Positions 14,750 through 27,200 of a stretch of 64,000 bases of DNA are shown here, one piece after another. The translations under genes and the position numbers were made by a program. Below the pieces are notes generated by a model that made no database searches, had not been told where the DNA came from, and worked only from the letters and a program-made list of their open reading frames with translations. How positions within the stretch are numbered: the first letter of the stretch is position 1; each line of letters starts with the position of its first letter. Source of the DNA: the human T2T-CHM13v2.0 reference genome, Homo sapiens; assembly GCF_009914755.1 (NCBI RefSeq), contig NC_060936.1; one strand, given 5' to 3'.

Positions 14750-15045
14750 TGATAATAATAATGATAATGATGCTGTACATTTATAGCGCTTCCTTCACAA
14801 AAGTCCCAGGGTGCTTTACATTTCAGCACAATTAAAGGCAGCCACAGACAAAAAACCTTTTCAGCTGTGCTTTATAAAGGGAAAGCGATTCAGCTTTTTG
14901 AACATAAAAGGAAGCCGCTTCCACTCGATGATGGGGACGGAATCTTCATGTGCTCAGGCCCCCCAACTCCTGTACGTTATATTTAGGACAATCAAACTGG
15001 CCTGAAGAGAAACAAAAATTAGAAAGACCACAAGTACAGGAGTTA
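14750..15045 (-). mobile_element. Candidate AmnSINE1/DeuSINE-like ancient SINE relic
   Basis: Colinear minus-strand blocks TCCTGTACTTGTGGTC, GTGGCTGCCTTTAATTGTG and the tail TGTAAAGCACCCTGGGA...GCGCTATAAATGTA...(ATT)n resemble my recollection of the AmnSINE1 consensus; not verified. Confidence 0.45.
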
Positions 15046-15759
15046 CAGAAAAAGCAAGTTGATGGAGTTACCACCTTAACAGAAGGCAGGGTTCTCCATG
15101 CATCTGTCAAATATAGCAGCTTGGTGCTATTATATTTGAAAGCATGGAAAACAGGAACTGATTTGGAGTTGGAAATAAATAATCTATTAAGTAGTTCCTG
15201 ATATTTACTGGATTTAAAATGCTGTGCAAATGAGGCCCCATGGGATTTCATTACTACCTTGTCCCTAGGAGATGGGTAAGTGCTGGATATTTCATGCACG
15301 CGGGCAACAGTTAACCTCACATAACTGAGAAGATGCCTCTCAGACTCTGGGAACCCAGCGAGGGGATTGGTGACATGCGCCAAATGAGAAATTTAAAAAA
15401 TCATCCTGGGGGGCATGGGGAAATCCAGTTCTTCCTTCCTCTTTTTTCCTGGGGCACACAGTCTGAGCCCCTCAATTACAAGATGTTTAGGTAATGCCCC
15501 TAATACCTCGCCCCATCCTACCCCAATCCCTGGGAAAGGATCCTGATGAAATTCACTGGTATCGTTCCTAAGAGCCCCACATAGGTGGAAATGGCAAACT
15601 GACAGTCAGGATACCCCAGAGCCTTTTCTCTTGGCTTGTGCCCTTTGGCGCTGGGTTTCCTTGATGCCATCACTATTCTAACCCATATGCATTTTGACAC
15701 ATTGAACCAACCAGCTGAGTGCAAGAGGAGGTAGGATCTTGGCCATCAGGAAACCCCCA

Positions 15760-16270
15760 GAGTAGCGTGGGCAGCTGCCATTTAAAACCTTACGTGGGCT
15801 TCCCATTGCCGTAGGATAAACACTACATTCCTTTCTATGGCATTCAAAGCCTTGCAATTATCTGGCCTCTGCAGCCCCTTTCTATAGCTCCTCAAACGTA
15901 CCAATCTCATACCTACCCCAGGGCCTTTGCACCTGCAGTACCTCTACCTGAACTGCTCTTTCTCTGCCTCTTGGCATGGCCAATGCCTCTTCATTGCTAG
16001 ATCCTAGCTCAAATGTCACTTCCCCTATGAAGCCCCCTCTGAGCCCCTCTTCAAAGTAGCCCTCCCATCACTCTGACCCATCGATCACCCTGACTGTGGC
16101 CTTCACAGCACTTATTACGATGCTTTAATGATCTTACGTGTTTGTTTAACTTGTTATTGTCTGTCTCTTCTGGAATGCAAAGTCCACAGTACAAACTGTA
16201 GACACTGTGTTCTGAGTGTCTATCATGTGGTCTGGCACTGTGCCGGGGTCCGATGAATGTCTGTGGAAGG
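15760..16270 (+). mobile_element. L2 3' fragment
   Basis: L2 hallmarks 'cagggcctttgcacctgc...ctcaaatgtcacttcc...ttcacagcacttatta'. Confidence 0.7.
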
Positions 16271-17954
16271 CGCGTTAGTGGAATGTGCTAGCACTGAAGC
16301 TAACAGATGGCTCTCAGGCCCCTGCAGGTGCTGATATTGGGTCATTCTAGGCCCTCACCCATTTTGGACTCAGCTGCACACCTCTCAGTTAGTGCCTGAG
16401 AGAAGAGGTTTCCAAGGTGTGCCCGAAGCTCTTGGCAGTTGTAAAGGCAGTTTGCTCCAGGTGGGAGGAAGGACCCGCTTTCTTTAAAGCAGCAGGTCTC
16501 ACAATTGAGCATGAACAAGAATTCCATATAGGGCTTCTTAAAACCCAGCTTGTTGGACACACCCGCAGAGGTTCTGATTCAGCGGGGGAGGGTGGGAGAG
16601 AGAATTAACATTTCTAACAAGTTCACAGGTAAGGCTGGTTAGGGAACCACATGATACGAAGCACAGATTTACATAATTTTAGAGTTCTACAAAATAATTT
16701 GGGGAGTGGGGAAGGGGGTGACGTGGGGGCTTCTGTGAGGGACTGTACGTTCTCTGAGTTCTGCACAGCAGTTTTGTGAGCTGCTAATATTTGTGGAATG
16801 AGTGTTTTGCAGGGAAAGATAGAGTGTGTGCATTTCTTTGAGGGGATGTGGGAAAGAGAACAGGAGAGAAAGAAGAGAAGATGGTGTGTAATTTAGCGTA
16901 TATATAGAAGAGGAGCGAGTGTGTGTGTGTGCGTGTGTGTGTGTGCACGTGTGTGTGTGCATGGTTGTGCTGGTGCCACAGGAATTTACAGGGTATTGGA
17001 GAAGCACATAAACACCGGAAAATCAAGGCTACAAAAATGAAACTCAGTTCTAATAGGCCAGTGGTTCTTAAACTGTGGCGTGAACAAAATCCCCTGGCAC
17101 TTACTAAAAAGGATAGAGGTCCAAGCTAATTGAAGTAGGATGGGGCCTCAGCCCTGAATTGTGATCAATTTCTCCAGGTGATTGTGATATGACCAAAAAT
17201 GCAGAATCTCTGTGTCACCAAAGTGCTCACAGATGGAGCCCATTCCCCTTGGTGTAGCTAAGGCGGCCATTGGCAAAGAAGGAACCTACCAGACTAGTAT
17301 TTAGATATACATTTGCTTAGTCCCAGTTCTGCCAGTTATTTGTTCTATGATTTGGGCAAGGGCTCCCTCTGCCTTTCTGACCTCAGTTTTCTCACCTGTA
17401 AAATAGGCACAAGGATAAATAGGAGAACCTCACCACGCCTGGCCTGAAGCGAAGCACTTGCTGAAAGCTGATGGAATCTGCTGCTTTTTTGGTTTATTTT
17501 TGAGGGCTCTGTCTTGGTTCTACCCCACAACCAGGGAACTGATTTCAGCAAAAAGGCTCAGCCATGCCACCTAGCATGGCTTGGCTTCTGCTGGTTCAGA
17601 GCCTTACCCACTGTCAGAACAGCAACCCTAATATGGTGATCTTCATAACACAGGGTTTGCCAGTCTGACCGAGGGCAGCAAAATGGGGTGAAAGCAAGGA
17701 CACTGAGTGTCCACCAAGATCATCAGCCCTTTGATTACAATGGGAAGTTAGGGCAGATAAGCAGATCATTTCCTTAAACTGTCGTTGCCTTTGCACTAGG
17801 CAAAATATCTCCCTTTGTGCACCCACCCTTTATTTTTGAGGCTTCCTCATTCTTGTCCTCCAACAACACCATGTCACACCCCTGCCTACAGCCCTCCAAC
17901 GGCTGCTCACTGCCCTTGGCATAAAATCAGGACTCCTCACCAGGGATTCTATAA

Positions 17955-18158
17955 CTGAGGGTTCAAACCTGGCTGTGTGATAGAGTCCCCTGCACTCTGG
18001 ACAATGTCTCGGGGGCATGTTGGTTGTCACAACTTGAGGCTTAGTGCTACTGGCATCTAGTGAGTAGAGGCCAGGGACGCTGCCAAACATCCTACAGTCC
18101 CCACCACAAAGGCTTTTCTGACCCCAAATATCAGTAGTGCTGAAGATGAGAGACTCTG
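17955..18158 (+). mobile_element. MER20 (hAT-Charlie)
   Basis: 'ttggttgtcacaact...gtgctactggcatctagtgagtagaggccagggacgctgc' matches recalled MER20. Confidence 0.8.
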
Positions 18159-19686
18159 CTCTGGGGCAGGGCCAGGCACTGTTACTGTATTAAAAGCTCC
18201 CCTTCCTCCACCAGGCTTGAGAACCCCTGCCCTCTCCAGTCTTGCTCCTGACAGCTTCTCTACCCTCACCTTCTCCCCTTTGCCCTCACCTGCCACCATC
18301 ACAGTCTTTTTTCTGGAATCTGCATTTTTACAACTTTCCTCTCCTAGGACTCTGGTGCAGGAAGGTCCAGGTACGCCATCTTTGAGAAGCACTGTTCCCA
18401 GCTGCTTCTCAAACACAGCTCATTATCAGACAAGCAAAGAATACTGTCAGAGTTGGCAGGACACTGCAAGAAACATCCGCTTCCACCTGCTCATTTTACA
18501 GAAGGAGAAACTAAGGCTTGTGAAACCCTAGGTAGCAAGGTAGACGGGTGAGAGACACTTTCACTCAACTCTATTGGCTTTCAGATTTCACTTGGAGTTT
18601 TTAACATGAGTGATTGCGCAGACCGTCGATAGCTTTGCAATAATCCCATAACGACCCAATTGTGAAACAATTTAGCAATCCTGCTGCTAATAGCATTTGT
18701 GGCTATAGCAATTGGGTAACTAGTTGGTTATTACTCATTCCCCAAGAGCCACACATATTGCATTGCAAGGAAGCTAATCTTAGAAATACTTGTTAACTTC
18801 GATGATAATTACTAAGTAATTGGCTAGAATGTGCCACTGTGAATTGATCCAGAATATGCCAGGTAATTATCTGGTCTTATGTTCCCTGTAAAATAAATCT
18901 AGGGTCCAAAAATGGTTCCAGTTGGTTGGCTATTGTCCAACCATCAACCTCTGCCAGCCAATCGTGCGAATGCAAGTGATTAATCAAATTACTCAAATAT
19001 TTGGTTTCAAACTGAACGTGCAGATAAGAAACCTGGAGAGCCAACAAGTGGACAGTGCTGAACAGAAAGAGGGATGCACAGAGCCCCTCCCTAAGATAAA
19101 TATATAACAACACAATAATATGGAATCAATGCCACTTCTTTGGGGCTCATCTGGCATCCTCACACAAAATACCAAAACACTTCAGAGACCAATTACACAT
19201 CCCAAAGCTGCAGAGTCTTTATCGTGGTGCCAGGAAAAGGCTGGGCTATTTGTGAAATCTGTAGGCAGTTATGGCGCTTGGGGAGGGGGGCTCAGAATTT
19301 TGTACATAATAGAAGAGGGCCGCAAATGCAGCTGGCTTGCAGGATGAGCAACACATTTTCATAATGACCACTCGTTTTTCAAGGATGGCTGCTGAGTTTG
19401 TCTATTTCCAACTTGCTAGCCTTTGAGAAGGGGGTGAGGGAGGCATGGGGATTAGGCTTCATAGGTAATGCTGAACAGGGAGGCAGGAGGGTGGTAAGGA
19501 ACTGATCAGACAGAAAGATGGGATAAGAGCTTAAGATGGGAGCAATGGAGAGAAGGCCAGGGGTGGGGAAAAGACCACCCTCCAACCAGACTTGTGTATC
19601 CCAAGTAATAGGCTATTGACTGCTGCTAAAAGATGATGATATATACTGGGCAAGAAAGGGAAGGAAAGGGAGCTAAGGGCCTCTCT

Positions 19687-20111
19687 GTAGTAAATCGCAA
19701 AAATAGCCACAGATTGTCCCCACCCTGCATCCATGTCCTTGCAGTGGGACATTGCAGATCTTCCCATTCAGAAGTAGAGGCTGTGTCTCCATGCCTTGAA
19801 TCTAGTGGATAATAGGAGTTGCTCTGGCCAACAGATGTAGGTCTTGACCTCTTGCTACACTTGGAAACCTGAGACCGCCATGAGAATGAGCCTGAGCTAG
19901 CCTGTTGAGGATATCCCCTGACAATCTGCCAACCAGCAGACACACAGATGAGGGCATCTAAGACTGACTATCCCCTTGTTGACCCAGAGCTGACCACAGC
20001 CAACTACAAGAACCCAGCTACTGAGTCTGGCTCAGCCCAGAACTATCCATAGGATAGAGAGAAACCACTAAGTTGTGGAGTAGTACTCAGCAAAAGCTTA
20101 AACTCAGAACA
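19687..20111 (+). mobile_element. MLT1F/G/H-like solo LTR
   Basis: Characteristic 'cttcccattcagaagtagagg...ccttgaatct' and 3' 'ccactaagttgtggagt'. Confidence 0.65.
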
Positions 20112-20851
20112 GCTCAGCCCCTGAAGATTACCTGGGCTGATTGCTTCAGAGCCACTTCTGTCTTGTGCAGAGTTGAGAACCACCATTTTTACCCTGATTT
20201 AAGGAGGCTTGGAGGCCCATCCCTAGATCTCTAATCTTTCACCAGCGCTTATCATTCAAAGCACGAGTCACTCCAGTCAACCCACCATCTGCATCATCTA
20301 TGGATACAGAATATAATGTACCTTCTACCAATCACCAAGTTCTCATAAGTGGACTTAAGAAGGTTTTGTCTCACAAGGGAAGAGATCAAAGACACACCAG
20401 CTCTTCTCTGAGCCCACAGCATCTGTTCTGGGCCTGGTAAGATGCAAGACTTGTGCATTTGGGGTCTCACTGCTTGAGCTGAGTAGAGCAAGGAGAGAGC
20501 TCCTAACAGCCCCTTGGCATCACAGGTCATACTAAGAATGCCATTGCAGAGGCCAGTCCTTATGTTACAGGGGAGTCAGCGCCAGAGTTTAAAAACAAAC
20601 CAAAGGATTGTTTCACAACTGTTCCATCAAAACCAAAGCTATTTTTCTCCCAATGCCTCAAGCCTCTGGGAGAGGCCAGAGAGCAAATCTGAGAAAGTCC
20701 AAGAAACATTTTCGCAATGTTAGTTCTCTATGAACTATCCCTTCTTTGTACCCATAGACCACAGATCCTGGATATTCCAAACCACAATGGTAAAGACAGC
20801 AAATGTGCTCTGCAACTTTCATGAAAACCAGAGTAACACTTATCAGAATCT

Positions 20852-21133
<282 letters not shown>

Positions 21134-21142
21134 AATCTTAAT

Positions 21143-21367
21143 CAGGGGTTTGCAGACTACGGCCCATGGGACAAATACAGCCCACTCCCTGGGTTTGTAA
21201 ATGACGTTTTATTGGGACACAGCCCTGCAATTTCATTTGCAGATTGTCTATAGCCGCTTTCAGACTACAGTGGTTGAGTAGAGTAGCTGCTACAGAAACT
21301 GTACAACCCACAAAGCTGAAAATATTTACTATTGGGCCCCTTACAAAAAAAAGTTGGCTGACTCCTG
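21143..21367 (+). mobile_element. MER58A
   Basis: About 225 bp, TIRs cagggg.../...ctcctg, internal 'ttttattgggacacagcc' and 'aaaatatttactat'. Confidence 0.88.
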
Positions 21368-21530
21368 ATTTAGTTGAATATACTCATTTCACATATGGAG
21401 AAAGTGACTCTTGGAGAAGCTGTTACACAAATACTTGGAATAGAGGGGGAACTAGACCCGATGTTTCTAATTCCCCATTTAGTAGTCTTTGGTTTTGCTA
21501 AAGAGTTTTAGCATTAAAAATATTTTCTGG

Positions 21531-21831
21531 GGTTAGGCGTGGTAGCTTACAGGCCTGTAATCCCAGCAGTCTGGGAGGTCAAGGCAGGAGGATTGCTTGA
21601 GGCCAGGAGTTTGAGACCATCCTGGGCAACATAGCAAGACCCCATCTCTACCAAAAAATTAAAAAATTAGCCAGGTGTGATGGCACACACCTGTAGCGCC
21701 AGCTATTTGGGAGGCTGAAGCGAAAGGATCTCTTGAGTCCAGGAGTTCAAGGCTGCTGTGAGCTATGATCATACCACTGCATTCAAGCCTGGGCAACAGA
21801 GGGAGACCCTGTCTCTAAAAAAACAAATAAG
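21531..21831 (+). mobile_element. AluJ
   Basis: Dimer; TSD aaa(a/g)tattttctgg. Confidence 0.94.
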
Positions 21832-22000
21832 TAAAGTATTTTCTGGAATCTTAAATCTTAAACCATGTAAGTAAACTGTGCATGGTAGAACTAGAGATGG
21901 TCTATTAACCAGAGTGGTCAAGTAAGCAGAAAACCATTTCTCAACCATGCCAGAAGCAGAGTTTTGCCAATCCCTGGGTAGAAGCCCAGGTGGAACTGAC

Positions 22001-22368
22001 CTGGTGATGATGGCCAGGTGAGGCGGGCTCATGCAGGCACCCATGAAAAGCACCACGTTCTCATGCCGTGTCTGCCTGTAGGCCATCACCTCCCGCTTGA
22101 AGGCCTTGAGCTGGTCCTCGTTGTCCCTCTCAATGTCAATCAGCCGGATGGCCACCTCGCCATGCCAGCGGCCGTGGTACACTTGCCCAAAGCGGCCCTT
22201 TCCAATGAGCTCGCCGATCTCCAGCTGCTCAAAGGGGATGTCCCACTCCTGAAGGAAGATGCTGGTCTGGCTGGCCTTGCGTGGGAAGCTCCGGGCCGAG
22301 AGGAGGGACAGGTTCATCTCCTCGAAGTCATCCTCTGACTCTTCGGCCTCATCATGGACCTCTTCATT
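22001..22368 (-). CDS. KSR2: KSR2 exon (~exon 14, 368 nt): [11 protein letters not shown]...[10 protein letters not shown]...GKGRFG...VAIR...RQTRHENV...HLAIIT(S), pseudokinase N-lobe
   Basis: CAG|AAT GAA; donor ACC AG|GTCAGT; lies within ORF 21769..22545; Gly-rich loop, VAIR in place of VAIK, RAF-family RxTRH dimer motif. Confidence 0.98.
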
Positions 22369-24219
22369 CTGTGGCCGGAGTGGGAGAGAGGTCAGAATTG
22401 TGTCTGCCACTGCCCCAGCCTCCCTCATGGTCCTGCTGGGTCCCGTGCACATGCGTAGGTCTGGGCACATCTCTACATGCATTTGGAGCTTGTGCAGACA
22501 TACGTCCCTCTGTTTCCCCAGCTCTAGAATCTGGTCTAGAATCATACTACAGTGAAGGTGCTGAAAGGGAGATCATGATCATCCACCTCTCTTGTGCTAA
22601 ATGGGGGGATACTGAGGCTCAGAGAGAAGTGTTATAGGGATCGCCCATTCTAGTTTGCTGGAATCTTCCTGGTTTTAGCACCGAAAGTCCCATATGTTGC
22701 CCTGGGAAGTGACTCACTCCAGGTCATGCAGCCAGGCAGAAGAGGGACTAAGATCCAGGTCTCTGGACTTGAATATCCGATGGCCTTCCTATTCTTCCAT
22801 AGTCTTTTGGTTTGGCTGTTTACGTGCATGTGATAAAGTTGACAGGCTAGACAGGCTAAAACAATGGGTACATCGTGCATCTGCATGTAACACATGACAA
22901 CTGCCAACATGGAGTATCTTTTGCTTCCCCCAGGGAATTTGGAATTGATGATTCAAAAACTGGGAGAGGTCAGAGCTACAAGCTAGCTGTCTGAGGCTCC
23001 TACAGCAGCTGGGAGGGTAGGAGACATGAGAGTGAGGGGTTAACAGAATGGGCTTAACAATCAGACAAAGAGAGCTGAAATCTGGCCTCTGTATGACCTT
23101 GAGCCAGTTGCTTTACTTCCCTGAGGCTGCCTTTCCTCATTGTAAAGTGGGGGTAATAAAATCTGCCCCAGGGCCGGTGTGAGGTTTTAGATGAAGGCCT
23201 GTTAAGTTCTTTGTACAGACCTGACCATCTGTATTAAACACCGACTGGGAGGCCCGAGAAAATGCAGATTCCTGGGCCCCACCCAGCACTATTGGATCAA
23301 AATATCCGCAGGCCAGGACCAGGAATCTGCATTTTTATCATGCACACACACGACTCAGGCGTACTTCGGCGTAACTACCACTAGAGTTAAATGCTCAAGG
23401 TGTAGGGACCCACCTTATCAGCATGATATCTAGGGGTGCTTGGGGGCGAATTGCCTCTTGGATTCTCCTGCAGAATTGTGGGAGCAGCAGGTGGCCAGGG
23501 CCAGCGGGGATTCCCAGAGACCCTGGGACCTGATGAAACAGCCTGAGAAGGTGGCTTCTTGACTGGGTACAGCTCTTCCTGACCCAAAATACCTGGGCAA
23601 GCTGCCCCTGATGGCACATTCAGGAGAAACAATACAGGGGACATTGATTTCTCCCGGGATCATTTTTCAACAACCAAAATAGTCCCAGAAAAGAACACGA
23701 TTTTCCTTGGAAGCCCTGACTCAATTCCTTTCAGTATGAGACCCAGAGCAGTTGCAGAGCTGAGGGGCCAGGACTCCATGGTTTCCAGCCAGGGCATTTC
23801 ATGTATTTCTGCAGCCACTTAGGCAGGTGGGAAGAAGCCCCAGAGCATTCTCAACACTTCTAAGCCCAGCATCCCTGAGGCCCCCACCTCTTCCCACATA
23901 TTCTTTTGAAGGCAGCGGGGCACATCCCCCTTGGTATTCACCCGGCCCTGAGCTGATCTTTCCACTAAGAATGCAAATCTCTTGACAATTTCCACACAAC
24001 TGGCTTTTCCATGATGCATGCCATATAATGGCCCATTAGACTCAGTGCTGGGAGGGACCACTGCTTGCTAATTGTCCCAGAGTTAGAATATCCATCAGTC
24101 AGGGCCACCACAGCCCCCACCTGACCCCAAGCCCTCTGCGTCATCCAAAACGTCAGTCGGCTTTGCCAAGTTCTGGGCAGTCCCTGGAAAATGTCGCTTC
24201 ACTGCTCTCTGATTCTCAC

Positions 24220-24268
24220 CTCCGACGTTGGCTCCACTTCAATTTGAAGTAATGGATTTCCTTCCAAG
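24220..24268 (-). CDS. KSR2: KSR2 exon (~exon 13, 49 nt): (I)LEGNPLLQIEVEPTSE
   Basis: tttttctttctttaCAG|C TTG; donor GAG|GTGAG; phases 2/0. Confidence 0.94.
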
Positions 24269-24429
24269 CTGTAAAGAAAGAAAAATAAACGTGATCCCTA
24301 GGTGAAAAGGCAGGTCTATATATTGAGTTTAGCTATGTACGAAGAATCCCCAGATCGGAGGTCTTTACCACCAAGTCTTTATCTCACATTTCATTTCAAC
24401 AGGTGTGTCTGAAATAATCCATAACCTCG

Positions 24430-24520
24430 ACACACACACACACACACACAGACACACACACACACACACACACAGACACACACACACACACACACAGACA
24501 CACACACACACACACAACAC
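24430..24520. repeat. Interrupted (CA)n microsatellite, about 90 bp
   Basis: Direct inspection. Confidence 0.97.
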
Positions 24521-25096
24521 AGTGCGCAAGGACCTTGTTTTAAGTTGATTTTCCGGGCTGCTCAGGGCTCATTTTTCTTCATTGCTTTGGTTTCAACTTA
24601 TCTAGCAGCTTTCTTATAAATTGGCCTAAATGCCCTGGGTAGATAAGTCCTCAGAGCTGTATATGTTTGCCAGGAAAGAATTAATCAGATCTCCGAAGTT
24701 CACACAAATTTGGAATTTCTTGGAAGGATCTCAGTGTTCTTGTTTGTCTGTTCATTCATGCATTCATGCAACTATTTAATAGATGTGTGTGCCAGGAACA
24801 GTGTTAGGCCCTTGGAGGGATATAGAATTGAAACTGGCACGGCTTCTGACCTTCAGGAATATTGTGTTCCTACTGAAGGAACTAAAGCCAGTATGTAGAT
24901 ACTATGCAGGGAGGCTAAAAGTAATAAGGCCAAAAGTTAGGTGTGAATTGGATAAATGGAGTGTCGTGGGAATTCCAAGATGAGAGAATTACTGGGTGTA
25001 TTTGAAAGTTCCCAGTGTTTGAGGTAGGTCTTGCCAATCACATGGAATTAGGATGTGTGGAATGAAAATAAAAAGACCATATTGAGCTGGAAGACA

Positions 25097-25098
<2 letters not shown>

Positions 25099-25142
<44 letters not shown>
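25099..25142. repeat. (TG)n microsatellite followed by TG-rich low-complexity sequence
   Basis: Direct inspection. Confidence 0.97.
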
Positions 25143-25143
<1 letters not shown>

Positions 25144-26366
25144 TGCATTCATAAGCTCATGAGCTGCAGTTCTGTTCTTAGTAAGCAAACATGTTGGGTA
25201 TAGATGCTGGCGGGGCGTCACAATTTGTGTGAGCACTGCATAGGTATTATGGGATGTGCTTTGTGCAGGGTTGTCTTGTGTGCATGTGAGTTGGGTGTAC
25301 ACACAGGATGTTGAGGGGGATGCTGTATGCCGATAGTATAATTGGGTGTGCATTAGAGGTGTGAGGGGACTGTCAAATGCATGTGACATTTGACATGTGA
25401 TGGATGTTGGGTACAGTGTGCATTAGAGGTATGTTGCAGGGTTTAGACTTGAGGATGTGCATGTGTTTTTGAAGTGCAGCAGGGAGACAGAACTGGGCTA
25501 TTGAAGGCATGGAAGAGCTGAGACAGGTGAGAAAAAAGAATCACAATGAATACCCCACCCCTCCTTTCCTATTTCCCCAGTAGATTCCCCCTTCCCCATC
25601 CTCATTTGGGGGACCTCCCCTATCCTGACCCTCAGATTGCAGGAAGTGGCTGACTCCACAGAGTCAATCCACTTGCTGGAGGGGGTCCTGGTGAAAGAGT
25701 CTGAAAGACCACAAGAACTAAAAGAAGGAGAAAGAAAGGTCAACCACAAAGTGGCATTCGCCATGGTATTAACCAATTATTCATAGCACAGCCTGGGAAA
25801 GTGGAATGAACCTGCACGATGACAGCTGACATGCTGAGAACTTGATGCCCTGGGGGAGACTTGGCTGGGACAATGCAGCTGGAGTCCCTCCTCATGCCCA
25901 AAACCAAAACAGGCCACCCTCCTCTCTGCATCAAGGCGTGATTCCAGCAGCCAGGGCTATTCAAGTATTTCCTTCTGCAAAGAGTTGTCATCACTCCGCG
26001 CACATTTAAGCAGATCGCAAGCAGCTATTGACTCTGTTTTTCGCTGGTACCTCTGGACTGTCAGTTAATAACCTGGAGTTCATCTTGCACAAATTGTAGA
26101 ATTGGTTTATGTGAAGCAGAGAAATGATCTCGAGCTAGATGTCAGCACCATATCCCCCGGCAAGTTGCTGCTCCTTTGATTTCAGAGATGTACCATGTAA
26201 GTCTTTAACAAAGTCCATAAGACCAGTCAGAAAAGATGAAGCAGTTAGGGGACCCAGAAGAAAAACTAAGTAGGCACAAAGGTGAGTTAGGAAACTGGTC
26301 AAATCCTAGCAAGCCCCAGGCTTCCATCGCAACCAAAGAAGTTAAGGAGGTGACTTTGTGACATCA

Positions 26367-26660
26367 CTTTTTTCTTCTTTAGACAGAGTCTCCCTCTGTT
26401 GCCCAGGCTGGGGTGCAGTGGCACAATCCCACCTCACTGAACCTCCACCTCCTGGGTTCAAGCAATTCTCCTGCCTCAGCCTCCCAAGTAGCTGCGATTA
26501 CAGTTGTGTGCCACCACGCCTGACTAATGTTTGTATTTTTAATATAGACGGGGTTTCACCAGGTTGGCTAGGCTGGTCTCCAACTCCTGACCTCAGGTGA
26601 TCCTCCTACCTTGCCCTCCCAAAGTGCTGGGATTACAGGCATGAGCCACTGCGCCTGGCC
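26367..26660 (-). mobile_element. AluS
   Basis: Full dimer in reverse orientation. Confidence 0.95.
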
Positions 26661-26866
26661 AAGGTGACTTCACTTCTGCTGCACAAGCAATAAACCACCT
26701 GAAAAGAGGGTCTGTTTCCTAAGGATGCTATGCACAAAGATGTTCATTGCAGCATTATTTACAACAATGAAATATGGGAAGCAATGTAAAATCCAGCAAT
26801 AGGAAAATGGTTAAGAAAATTATTCTACATCAATATGTCATTTTACACCCATTAAAAACAATATCA

Positions 26867-27200
<334 letters not shown>

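Noticed and set aside
21769-22545. 258-aa ORF as a stand-alone kinase gene
   Set aside because: Only 22001-22368 is KSR2-like and it has proper splice sites; the extensions are intron and Alu read-through.
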